Below, one piece after another: positions 11,724 to 22,793 of a stretch of DNA of 64,000 nucleotides. The notes beneath the pieces are model-generated. The model ran no database searches and was not told the origin of the DNA. It worked only from the letters and a program-made list of their open reading frames with translations. The stretch's first letter is position 1. Each line of letters opens with the position of its first letter. Location of the stretch: the NCBI GenBank assembly GCA_030141605.1, contig JAQGDQ010000398.1, positions 1-64,000 of the forward strand, read 5' to 3'. The translations under genes and the position numbers were made by a program. Origin of the DNA: Tubiluchus corallicola (taxonomy: Eukaryota > Animalia > Priapulida).

Positions 11724-13401
11724 GCAACATCAACAGCAACAACAACAACAATAATAATAAGAAGAAGAAAAACAAGAACAAAAAGTTATGTCAAAAAGTT
11801 TGTGGCGGTATAGTGCTTTCCAAATAACAAACACTGTATAGTGATATAGTAGTGACATACACAGTTTCGTGAGTTTCAAGTTTTGTAGCACACGATTACC
11901 TTCAAGCTTTTTAGCTCCATATCGCACATGTCTCTTATATTGGGTAAGTTCTTGTTCATAATAAGCTAAAACAGAATAAAATCAACTCGAATTATTGATA
12001 GTAGGAGGCACACGAATATAAATATTCGCAGAAGAATTTCACAGGCCAACTTTCATTCCTTGAATCGTTTTTCTGTGGAAAATGATGTATCATGAACAAC
12101 TTTTTTTCGCTTCAAACCTTCAGCGATTTCGCAAAAAAGTCGCATAGTTTGATGACTTTCTAGAGTAAATAATGGACCAGAAAATAATAACCAATCAGCT
12201 TCTGTCTCTCGTCTGCAAGATTCAACTGAAGCTCAGTTTATTAAATTTTGATACCAAATTTGAAAAACAGGAAATGTAAAAAAGTTGTAATTCAACCTGG
12301 ATTTGAACCAGGGATCTTCTGGACCTTAGAACACCACGCCATCATATTTCCAAAGAAATTACGGAAATATCCATTGTTTACAAAGCTGACGTTAAACAGG
12401 CACATTGAAGACATCAACTGCAAGACCATATATTAAAGGCAAGTAAAAATAAATGAATGTTGGTTTTTCTTTTAAAAAACTGTTAGTGTGATGCATGCAT
12501 ACCAGCTTCTATTCCAGCTTCCACCGTAAAAGCCACGCCAAGTAGAATTCCAGCAATCAGCATCTGCAAAGCAAGAAAACAAACAAAAGTCTGAATTCAG
12601 AACTTTTATAAACACAGGCGCTGGTGTGAGTTAGGCAAGAGTGTGAGTTAGACGCTGGTGTGAGTTAGGCACGGGTGTGGGTTGGGCACGGGTGTGATTT
12701 AGGCACGGGTGTGATTTGGGCACGGGTGTGATTTGGGCACGGGTGTGAGTTAGGCACGTGTGTGGGTTGGGCACGGGTGTGGGTTACGCAACTAAGCACA
12801 CTAAAGGGCGTGCACGTTCCTTTGTTAAATTTCTATAAGTAGAAATTCATCAATTAAGTCGGTAGAATTTCAAAGAGATATTTAAATACGGCAAAGCGGC
12901 AGTAATTTGAACATTTTGTACAACAGGTAAAGAGTATTATTAACGTTTTTCTCAAGGTAAAGATGTTTTCTTTTTGCCCGACTTTAAGACGATGTTTAAC
13001 AAAAGGTTGTTTTACTTAAATTATTTGTTAATGGCGCCTGGATTTACTTAGTAATGTGCGTCCAGGTGTGTTGACCGTTACTATACTAACCAACATGGAA
13101 ACGAGTCAACTTTAACTTTTCTTATCACCGATAAAAATGAATTTTATAAAAAAACTACCTAAACAGTTCAAACCACGAGATGAGCTAGAATGCACGCTCC
13201 TGATTTATCTTGCACTCATAAAGTTTTTATAATATAGTTTTGCATTAAATTTTCCTGGTCCATATCCATGTTCACTAACCTTATGATTATGTGTGCAAGA
13301 AAAGGTGTTTTTGTAAAATTGATCACTTTGCAAGTACCGTTATTAAAAATTTCTTATTGCATAAAACTCACCAATACGTTCTTGCTTTGTATTGCCGTCA
13401 T
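4608..13401 (-). CDS. Secreted short pentraxin-domain protein, 7 exons; frameshifted in exon 3 in this assembly (possible pseudogene or null allele)
   Basis: GT-AG exons: 13372-13401 (MTAIQSKNVL), 12503-12563 (MLIAGILLGVAFTVEAG, signal peptide), 11485-11628 (NYPMRDTTTYM / TDLTQITVGM), 10215-10351 (WVKTNDPMKFALLGYG...NQFVIL), 6985-7100 (LRDDQWHYVTASHNTATGEFWLSLDG), 5577-5738 (IESGGRLLIGQD...FSGTITGITIHDSKLS), 4608-4873 (LSCINTGNLFTWN...stop). Motif order matches the pentraxin fold. All phases agree except exon 3. Confidence 0.85.
7372..8700 (-). mobile_element. Decayed LTR-retrotransposon (Gypsy-like) integrase fragment in pentraxin intron 4
   Basis: Broken minus-strand frames give QSN-like, PAEL-like, VTYCIRSDG (GPY/F-region-like) and terminal RYNLRSRSNLL* motifs in integrase order. 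Many stops and frameshifts; boundaries approximate. Confidence 0.45.
11654..11770. repeat. (AAC)n microsatellite with AAT/AAG tail
   Basis: Direct reading; sits next to the exon 3 acceptor. Confidence 0.95.
12290..12345 (-). mobile_element. tRNA-derived SINE head remnant
   Basis: B-box GGTTCAAATCC on minus. Similar remnants at ~17860-17900 (+, GGTTCGATTCC) and ~27580-27610 (-). No complete cloverleaf seen. Confidence 0.4.
12616..12788. repeat. 17-bp minisatellite (GGGTGTGAGTTAGGCAC)n, ~10 copies
   Basis: Direct tandem repeats in pentraxin intron 1. Confidence 0.92.
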
Positions 13402-14639
13402 TGTTTCTTAAGTAGCGATGGATAGCAGTTAATGCAGGCAGGCCTATTTTACCGAGTTGAAGAAGATCACTTAAGTTCACCACTGGTCGCAATGAGGAAG
13501 TAAAGGTAAAACTTTGTGTACAAGAGTTTTTTAAAAATGAGCGTGTCGTAAACCATGTCTAGCAGGGTTAAATGACGTCGGCTGGTACCTACATGTCGCT
13601 TTGACATTTTTTATGGTATGTGGTTGTTATGGGCAAATTGTCCATGTAATTTGTTTTTTCTTTTTCCCGCTTCTATCTCCATTCAGTCGGATTTATGGCA
13701 GACTTATCTAACGTGGACCATACAACACCTGAAAATAAACAGTGCATGAAAGTGAGAGGCATGCGCTCAACATCTATACTATTTTCTTCGATCATCATGG
13801 CTCTGTATTTGGCACGAATCTAAGCTCTACTCTTGCTGAGTGCTTTAGTTTCGTACTAATTTGTCATTAGTTAAATGCTTGGCATTTACCAGTAGAGAAT
13901 CTCAAAATCAGTCGGCAAGGCTGGTGGTGAAATATACACTCACATGAATGGTGGGGACGAAAATTTGAGGTTTTTGCAGATGGCCAAATTCAGAGCCAAG
14001 ATAATCAAAGAAAATAATAAATATGTTGAGAGCATGCCTCTCACTTTCTTGCACTGAGTGTTCATTTTTAGGTGGTTGTATGGTCCACGTTATAAATCCG
14101 ACTGAAGGGGATGGAATTAAGGACCTTTTGGCTTCGAGCCAATTCGAACTGACCTACAACTGGAGTCAGGTGCAGCATCAAAATACAGAGGTTGTCAGCT
14201 GGAGAATGATGCTTGAGACAATGTAAGATCTAATTATGCTGTTCAGTGAGTAACTCTAGCTACCTATTGTCCTGTGATTTTTATTAACCTGAACAAAGTT
14301 TTTTCTTATCACTTTATCACATATTGTACTTTATATGCCATCAAAAAATACGAACATAATATAGTTTTCTACTACAGCTGCTACTACATACAGTTTTCTC
14401 ATCATTACAATAGCAACTGCAGCCTCTCTTGTATGTTAAGATTCAATGTCAATTTGTATAAAGGTGAAAATCGAAATTTCACAAACTTTTTTTCAGTTTA
14501 ACCTTGTTATCAACGTTGTTACTAAGATAAACAGCAACCACGGCAAGCAACTTATGAGAATAAAATTTTTCTTTATTAACCATATATGGTAACCTAGGCT
14601 AGAAAGTATTAGATGGTCATAAAAAGATCAACAATGTCA

Positions 14640-15140
14640 TGGTTGCTAAGGCTAATCTGCGCAAATTCCGAAAAAATTGGCGTCGGGAACAGAAGTGCAC
14701 CGAGTGTTGAGCAATGGTACCTTGTAGGACATCAAATGAAAGGTCTCGATGAGGAAGATCGAATGGCATTGGTTACAATGAGAATAGCTAATCCGGGACC
14801 CTACTAGAGGGCAAAATATGGGTCTAGGAGATAAACGCCTTTCAGTGTCGACCGAAACCAGCTTGTAGTATATCAAATGAAAGGTCTCAATGAGACAAAC
14901 TAAATGATATAAGTTCATGCCGAGATTGCTTGACCTTTGACCCATGGGTAACAGGCTAAACAGTTAAATGCTGAGGTTTCATTGAGAAATGCACTTTATA
15001 TATATTCAAGCAAGCTGAAAATAATAACTTTCAAACAAAGGCTGTCATCTCTTCGTTTTTAAGGCTCAATTTAATAATTATTGTTTGCAAAATCTTCAGT
15101 TTCTGACCACGTCAGAAACATTGTCAACTAGTTTGCTTTA
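14640..15140 (+). mobile_element. Dispersed repeat family copy with ~140-bp subrepeats (possibly Helitron/Helentron-associated)
   Basis: Motif TTGTAG..ATCAAATGAAAGGTCTCGATGAG at ~14722 and ~14863. The block is the reverse complement of ~17980-18400. Confidence 0.65.
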
Positions 15141-16546
15141 AAAATCGAGCATTTGCTGTAAATTTTAACAATAGTGACAAGTTAATTTTTCCCAGCATTT
15201 ATTTTGTTGACTTGTTGTTTTAAAACTTCTGTATTTTTGGAAAGATCTAAGGAGATGATCGTCGGCAACATCAGTCCGAAGGTTTTTAAGCGAATCCACT
15301 ATTTTCTTCTTGTAATGTTATGATCAAAACTTTGCACATACTTTACGCCACCTCATATGTGGCACTAGAGATTGTTTTTCAAATTGATATTAGTTTTGGA
15401 GACTTTTCGCATTTTAAAGCACAAGAAAACCTTCCACTAACATAAGCTTAAAAAATTCGTCTTGAAATTTTATACCACTTACATACTAATTTTTGTAAAC
15501 AGGGTTTGATTCGGCAGTAACGCTGAACAAAACTGGTAAATTTAAACTCCTGCGATGACCGTTAGACGCCTTTTTAATGGTAGGTCGGTTGAAGCAAGTT
15601 TAGATTACATTGTGTGAAGTTTGAAAAAATAACCAAAGCATTCGTAGCACATACCTCACTAACTAAGTAAAATTTTAAATTACTGTATCTTGTCAATAAG
15701 ATTATAAATCTCTTTTAGGTTAATGAGTGGCACCCTGGAGGTGAATCAACGACATCTGACTAATTGGTGAAAACATTTAAATAATTAATAATTTTCTTTT
15801 CTAGTTACATAAGTCCTTCAAGCAGGTAAACGAACTTTATATGGCACGTTTTTGGACGTACTTTTCATTCGTCCGTGTTCCGAATGTCCTATTTCCCACA
15901 TAGGCCAAGGCGTAATTCGAACAGTTTTTGTGAAAATACGAAGCGTATTTGTCCTTCCCGAAATTCGTGTTTACAAAATTGTTTTTGTACTTAATCATCT
16001 TACATTATCATCTTATATCATTTTATTAACTAACCTACGTTTTCAAAATTTTGTTCTTAGTTGAATTCAAACGCAGAGCTGCCGCTTTCCAAAACGACGC
16101 GTTGCATATCATCAGATTAAACCCATCTTTAGTTTCCTTTCTGCTCTTGCATTGTTTAATTCAATAATATTTGTATATATCATTCCGTTTTTCAGCATAA
16201 AATTATTTAAACAGTATTCAGAATAAGAAAGGCATCTACTATTAAAATGGAAAGGCTGCATACTAGTGCCCCATAAATGTTCAAGTTGCTATAGCTGTGC
16301 GACAATTACCAACCAAACTAAGAAAAAACTGAGCAACGGATTTCATTAATGCCTAAAATTATACATTTGTACAAACGAATTGCAAAGTAACTTTAATTTG
16401 CGAATTTTCACGAAAAGCGTGCAATAAATATAACAAAAAGCCGAAACAACTCCAAAATTGTAACAATCCAAATAATTAACTTGTAATGGCGGGCTCAGAC
16501 TGTGGGTTTCCTCGCCAAGTTACTTTGTCAAGTAACTAACAAGCGT

Positions 16547-16807
16547 GTTCAGACTAGAGTACTAAAACTTGCTGCGAGTATGCTCTCGACAGCAAGCACA
16601 AGCTGACACTCCCTCCTATGTCATCCCTTTTATTCAATGCGAGTCGACAATAACTTGCGGAGGGGTTCACACTTCACAATAAAATAAACTCGCAGTAACT
16701 GTCGAACAGTTTGCAACAACTTGCCGACAGTAACTCGCAAAGTAGTTCACACTTGCGTGTTTGCTGTCAGAGAGAAAACTCGCGACAGAAAGCTCGCTAG
16801 TCTGAAC
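16547..16807. mobile_element. Small MITE-like element (PIF/Harbinger-like termini)
   Basis: Inverted repeats GTTCAGACTAG ... CTAGTCTGAAC with internal GTTCACACT subrepeats; TSD not clear. Confidence 0.5.
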
Positions 16808-17979
16808 GGAAAAATCTAGAGTTCAGAACGCATAATAAATGATAATCATTCGTAATCAAATTACTACTGCATACAATATTTTTCAGTTAGTTGTATACAC
16901 ATTATACAGTGATCTCGGGTTCGTTATAGAGTTTGTACATTTTTATGTACTAATAGTGAAACTGTTCAAAGTAGAACAAATCTTTACTTAAAAAGTTTTA
17001 ATCTCAAAAATATAACTGTTTAAAGGTCAAATTTAATGTAATAACGAGTTTTATTTGCTTACAAAAGCTAACCGTAACTTAAAATTTGGCACTAATTTCA
17101 TAAAATTTCGTGGTTTCCTTCCTAATGAGACCGGGCTCGAAGTTTCGTTTGTTCGGGTTTGGAATTTTCGGCAAATTGCAGGCTAAACAAAAGTACTAGC
17201 AACAGCTTCCTTAGATAACGCGTCATTTGTGTGACGCCCAAGTTGCAAACAATGCTACACAGCGAAATACGACACGTGATAACACTGCCTTGTTTAAGGA
17301 CTGGATGTTGCTAGCGTCATCTAACGAGTAAAACGTGCGAAATAAAGTTCCAGACGTTCTTGGAAAACGACAGCTTCTCAACCGATTTCCTCTTATGTAA
17401 ACTACCAAGAAAAAGTTAAAACTATCAGAAAATCTTAGTTGGAAAACTTTCTTTCTGTTTCTGTATAAAAGTGAAACTTCACAAATTACGCTGTATTTGA
17501 CCTTTAATTAAACATAATGTTCTTAAACTTAATGCAGGTATAATACAGTTAGGAAAAAGTGTTAATACTGCATGGCATTGAATATACATATCACTTCCTC
17601 ATTATGACTTTAAATACATATGCGTGATAAAACGTAATTCTTGACACAGTTCATTTGGGACCAACAACTACGATCAATCACTTTGAAACAAAATTGTGCA
17701 AAATGAAACCAACTAGTAAAAAAAGGTTCGCTAAAATTTTCAACTGCACTTATAGATCTAGATCAGTCAATTTCAGTTACCAAACAGTTTAGCATCATAA
17801 ATAATTAACTAATAATGTGCGGCAGACTAAATACAACTGTGTCACTACGGCCTGGAATAAATGTCTTCTGAAGGCCATGGGTTCGATTCCTGAGCTGGAG
17901 ATTTAGATTATTCTATGTCGATATAACGACTTTAATAATTCATCAAGTTTTCTGGTAATCGGTACAATGAAGTTGAAAT

Positions 17980-18900
17980 CCAACTAGTTGACAATGTTTC
18001 TCAGAAACAGAAGATTTTGCAAACAATAGTTACAGAATTGGGCCTTTGTAATGATGCTAGCCTTTTGTTTCAAAATTATAATTTAGATAATTATGTGCCG
18101 GCATAACTTATACCATTCGGTTTTTTCTCATCGAGACCTTTAATTTGATATGCTACAAGCTAGTTCTAGTTGACACTGGAAGGCATTTGTCTCCTCGACC
18201 CCTATTTTGCCCCTTAGCGGTGTCGTGGGATAGCTATTCTCATTGTAACGTATGCCATTCGATCCGCTTCATCGAGACCTTTCATTTGATATGCTACAAG
18301 GTACCAATGCTCAACATTCGATGCACTTTTGTTCCGGACCCAATTTTTCGGTTTTTGCCCCCTAGCGGAATATTTGCCTATAGGCGCGCGTCCCATATTT
18401 AGTGATGCGCTTGGCCACTGCACCTCCTAGCAACATACCAAATATTGTGGTCCTACCTCAAAAATTGTGGGAACAGATAAATAAAAAAAATGAAGACCCA
18501 CCTGCACCGTGACATTTGACCCGACAACTCCAGCCACTTGTGTACGTAGATAACTTTGCCCAGAGAGTGTACCCTGTGAGTTTTGTGTCCCTAGTCCTCA
18601 GCATGTAAAAAGCCACCAATTGGGGGACCCAAATTTTTTATTTTGGCTCCTCTCTCGGGCGTTTAAAGCTTGTCAGCTTTTTAAAACCCCTGCACACCTG
18701 CCCCAAAGTACCCAAATAGTTGCGAAAAAAAATTGGAAGCTTGCAAGGCATACGAGTTATTAAGCGTTAAAGTTGCACAGAATAAATAATAAATAAAGAA
18801 ATTTACTGGAAAAAAAGTAGTAAAATTTTGTTAGCAGAATCTTAATAATAATAATAACCGAATGAAAAACAGAAAGATTTGCTATAACAAAATCCGAATA
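17980..18900 (-). mobile_element. Dispersed repeat family copy (inverted relative to 14640-15140) with a Helentron-associated-like AAT-microsatellite and hairpin end
   Basis: TCGAGACCTTT(C/A)ATTTGATATGCTACAAG at ~18131 and ~18272. AATAAT runs and short hairpins at 18780-18900. Confidence 0.55.
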
Positions 18901-19689
18901 ATAGATGGCGCTGCTATGTAGTGTGAAAAAACTTAATCTCATAATATGTGCAATTGTGCATAATACGAACATGAATTTGCACGCTGTTTAACCAGACAAA
19001 ATGAACAGACGTCAACGTGAAAAAGGAAAGCTCAAAAGCAAAACAAAAAAATGATAATGACCTTACCCCTTTCCTCACCCCAAAAACACTGTTTAGGCTA
19101 GGGTTTCATTTATGGTCGTATATTAGACAATCAAGCTGGCTAATGATGAGAACAGTGAATGACGGATCAACTCTAAGAGTCAGAGCAATTCGAATTCAAT
19201 TTCAAATTTTGTGCCTGTTTCATACAGAAGCAGCTTTGTCAATGATATAATTTTGCTATAAAGCAACAAAATGGCACTAATTTATCTAGCTTATACCTAC
19301 CTTATAACTACATAAAGGTGCAATGGATCTACATTTACATAGTCCAGATCTAGATCACAAAATGTAAAAGCAGACACAAATGTCCTCTATCACATTTTAT
19401 GTATACTACTAAAGTTAAAATGAATAATCCTTTATCTACAAAAAATGTACAATTGTTTTTTATCACAATATTCAGCTAAGATGCTAAAACAGGGTGGATA
19501 AATTAGATGTAGTGTGAGATACTCACATTGTAACTCTGAAAATATATTCATAAATCAAATTTAGGATCTTTTTCCCTGAAACTAGGCGTACGTTAACGAA
19601 ACTCAAAGGGCACACTTCCCAGGTAGGTGGATTTATGAACACACGTGACCCGTCATCCGGGGGCAAAAGTCACGGCTGAATATGATGAG

Positions 19690-20900
19690 CCATTCGCGTA
19701 AGGGACAATTTTTCGATAAGGAGTAAAAACCAAAATCGAGAGGTTCGGACACCAATGCTTCCAGTGTCGAGTAACAGTGGCTTGTAGTACGTCAAATAAA
19801 AGGTTCAGATGACGCGAATCGAATGGTATGAGTCACGACCATATTGTTTGACCCCTGACCCCGCTAGGGGATAAAAAACCGAAATTGAAGGTCGGCCAGT
19901 CAAATGTTTTCAGCATCAAGCAGAAGCAGGTTGTAATACAGTGTTCCCTCACTTATCGCGGGTGTTCCGTTCCAGGCCCACTCGCGATAAGTGAATTTCC
20001 GCAAAGTAGGGACGCTATACTTATTTTAGTAGTTATACATTATTTTAAGTCTTTATAAACCCTCCCCACACTCTTATACATAACCCTCTCCCATTCCCTT
20101 AATAAGTTTTCCCATACTGTACATGTACATTTAAAAACTTACCATCAATCAACCAATAATGCGTTGTGTACAATCTCACGTCGGCAAGTAGCAGCTCAAG
20201 CCGGCGCAAGTACTACATTTCGTTTATGGTGTGTATTCATCCGCCAAATAAATACACTATTTACTGTAAATGGTAATTTTTTATGATTTATAATATTCTT
20301 TTAATGTTAGAATTAATATATTCAATATATTTTTATACTTTCTGTGATTTTTATGCAAAATTCATCAAATCTATACATAACTGTACAATACGTACTACGC
20401 ATGTGCAAAAATACTTTAGACGGACTATTGCAAAAACCCGCGAAACAGCGAAAATACCGCGATAAATATTTTCCATTAATATTTTTGAAAACCCGCGAAA
20501 CAGCGAGTCCGCGGTAAACGAACCGCGAAGTAACGAGAGAACACTGTATATCAAATGAATCTCAATGATAGTAACTGAATAGCCACACTCCTATTGGTTG
20601 ACCCTGAGCCGAGGTCACATGTTAAAGTGACAAGTTCCAATTTCAGTATCTTGTAGTACATCAACTGAAAGGTCTCGATTAGAGAAATTGAATGATATGA
20701 CGTAAGCTTAGATTGGTCAACCACTGACCCTACTAGGAGGCAACAACTGAAATTACGTATTAACGATACAAATGGCTTATTTGTTAAGCTACAGTGCATC
20801 AAGTCAAAGGTCTCGATGAGACGAATTGAGTGGTATAAGTCGTAGCCTCATCGGCTGACTCTTGACCCACAGGTCACAGATCATAAAGTGACAAATTCGG
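19690..20900 (+). mobile_element. Third copy of the dispersed repeat family, interrupted by a MITE
   Basis: Motif variants at ~19782, ~19931/20547 (split), ~20651 and ~20795. Confidence 0.6.
19939..20546. mobile_element. Tc1/mariner (pogo/Tigger-like) MITE
   Basis: TIRs CAGTGTTCCCTC ... GAGAGAACACTG, TA target duplication (19937-38 and 20547-48), CGCGA-rich subterminal repeats. Confidence 0.85.
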
Positions 20901-22779
20901 GTTTCACCGACTCTACTAATGTTAAACACATCACAATCTATAAAATCGGAATTAGATGACAGTTTGTCTAACGTCAACAAGACACATTATTTTCTATCTA
21001 TTAGCCCATGTAGTACCAGTTTTTGTCGAAATTTGACAAGGGATGTAAAATTACCTTAAGTTAACATTTTAAAGCATTCTAGTGATAGGAAGGACATCTG
21101 TACGACGAAATCTGCAGTCATTTTGGGCGACGGGGTAGAATTTTAGTAAAAAATATTAATTTTCTTTACGTTAAAAACTGTTCGTCACTACATTTTTTTC
21201 ACAGGTACTAAAGACAGATTACGCGTGCGGAGTGGCGTAACAGTTTGTAGAAATTTTCTCAGTGTTGTTTGAATCCTTGAGTTGTCAGCTCAAGCTCTCA
21301 AGCTGAACATTTCCGCGTACGCGCTAACTACAAAGTGGAAAGAAGGGGGGTACAGTAACATCCTTAACATTACGGGTCATCCAGGGTCTACAACATCATA
21401 AGCTTTCACTTTTAAACATTATACATTGTAAATCCAAGATACTCCAAATGAACGACCAAATGGTGTAAAACTACTCAATTTGCGTACATCTACAAGTATA
21501 GCAGCTTGAATTACTGAGCAACCTACGTACTGACACTGAATTTTACCATACAAATACTCACTTTGGGAATAAAATCACACATTCTTAACGTGATAAACTT
21601 CGGAATTTTTTTTCAAATCGAGGAAGTTCTACATCTTTAATTGCAGAGCACGGTCCTGCTCCGTCTAATAGCTACACATAATTAGCTTTTAAGTTTACTT
21701 TTAAGTATAAGTATACCTGCAATAATAATGAGGGTTACAGAAGTGATTAACTATTGAAGATAAATTTCACTTTGTTGTTTTTTCGTTTTTGTTCAGACAA
21801 ATATTCAGACTTTTTGTTCTGAACACCTGTTCAGACACAACATCTTGAACGAAAACACCATGAACATGAAAAAGACAAGCACAAAACGGTACAATATTTC
21901 GTTAAATACTTGACATTAACATTGTCAATAGTTTTGGACTGTAACATTTACTTCTAGGCGACACGTAATAACATTGGGTCGCTTAATATGCCAGATCAAT
22001 ATGAAGAGAACGCAAAATCCTTGGCTTTGAATAAGCTACAAATCGAGCTACAGATCGCCAAAAATACGTAGAGGGGGTAAAAATTCAGCATTGTAACATT
22101 TAACAGGCTTTTTACTTGAAGAAGAAAATTGCTACAAAATGTCACAAATTATCTGCGTTGTGCAAAAAGGGCGTCATTGTTTTACTTCAAATTATCACGG
22201 GGATCCGAGTTGACACACTTTCGCTTTATTTCAACAGAAAGTACATCGCATCTGACAATTGCATTCAGGAACTGAGCGGATGTAATGAAAGATTACTTGC
22301 TACGCATGAACCATTACTTAAGCAACTGAATCGTGTGAAAAGCAGCTAATTCTTCTCCGTCGCGCTTTAAATGTTTAACTTACTTTGCTCAAACGTCAAC
22401 TTACCTTCATACCTCAACAGATGGAGAAAAGTGGAGTTTAAAAAGTATCCAAAGAATAATTTTAGAGGTTTATATAGAATAGGAACATTTCAAGACGCGG
22501 AGACCTATTTTCAACACGAGATCTAAAATTTTTAATAATGAAAAAAAACAAAATATCGACTGTTTTTTTACTCTTAAATGAAATATGATTAAAATTACTC
22601 ACTGCTGACACGCACCACGTCTATAGGCATCAATAGGGCATGCTATATTTTCATTATTAAATTTTGTAGATCTCATATTATTATGAAATGCAATAGGAAA
22701 AGGTGTCTCGCATTGCTCCTGTTCAATAATAAATCAATAATATAGTGCAACAAGCGAAGTTTATTGTGCGAAAACGCTA

Positions 22780-22793
22780 GTTACCATGAAAAC
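22780..22793. promoter_or_regulatory. X-box (RFX)-like motif over the first ATG of the DM13 gene
   Basis: GTTACCATGAAAAC, one mismatch from GTTACCATGGAAAC. Confidence 0.35.

Noticed and set aside
17860-17900. tRNA gene
   Set aside because: Only a B-box; no acceptor stem or cloverleaf, so more likely a SINE remnant.
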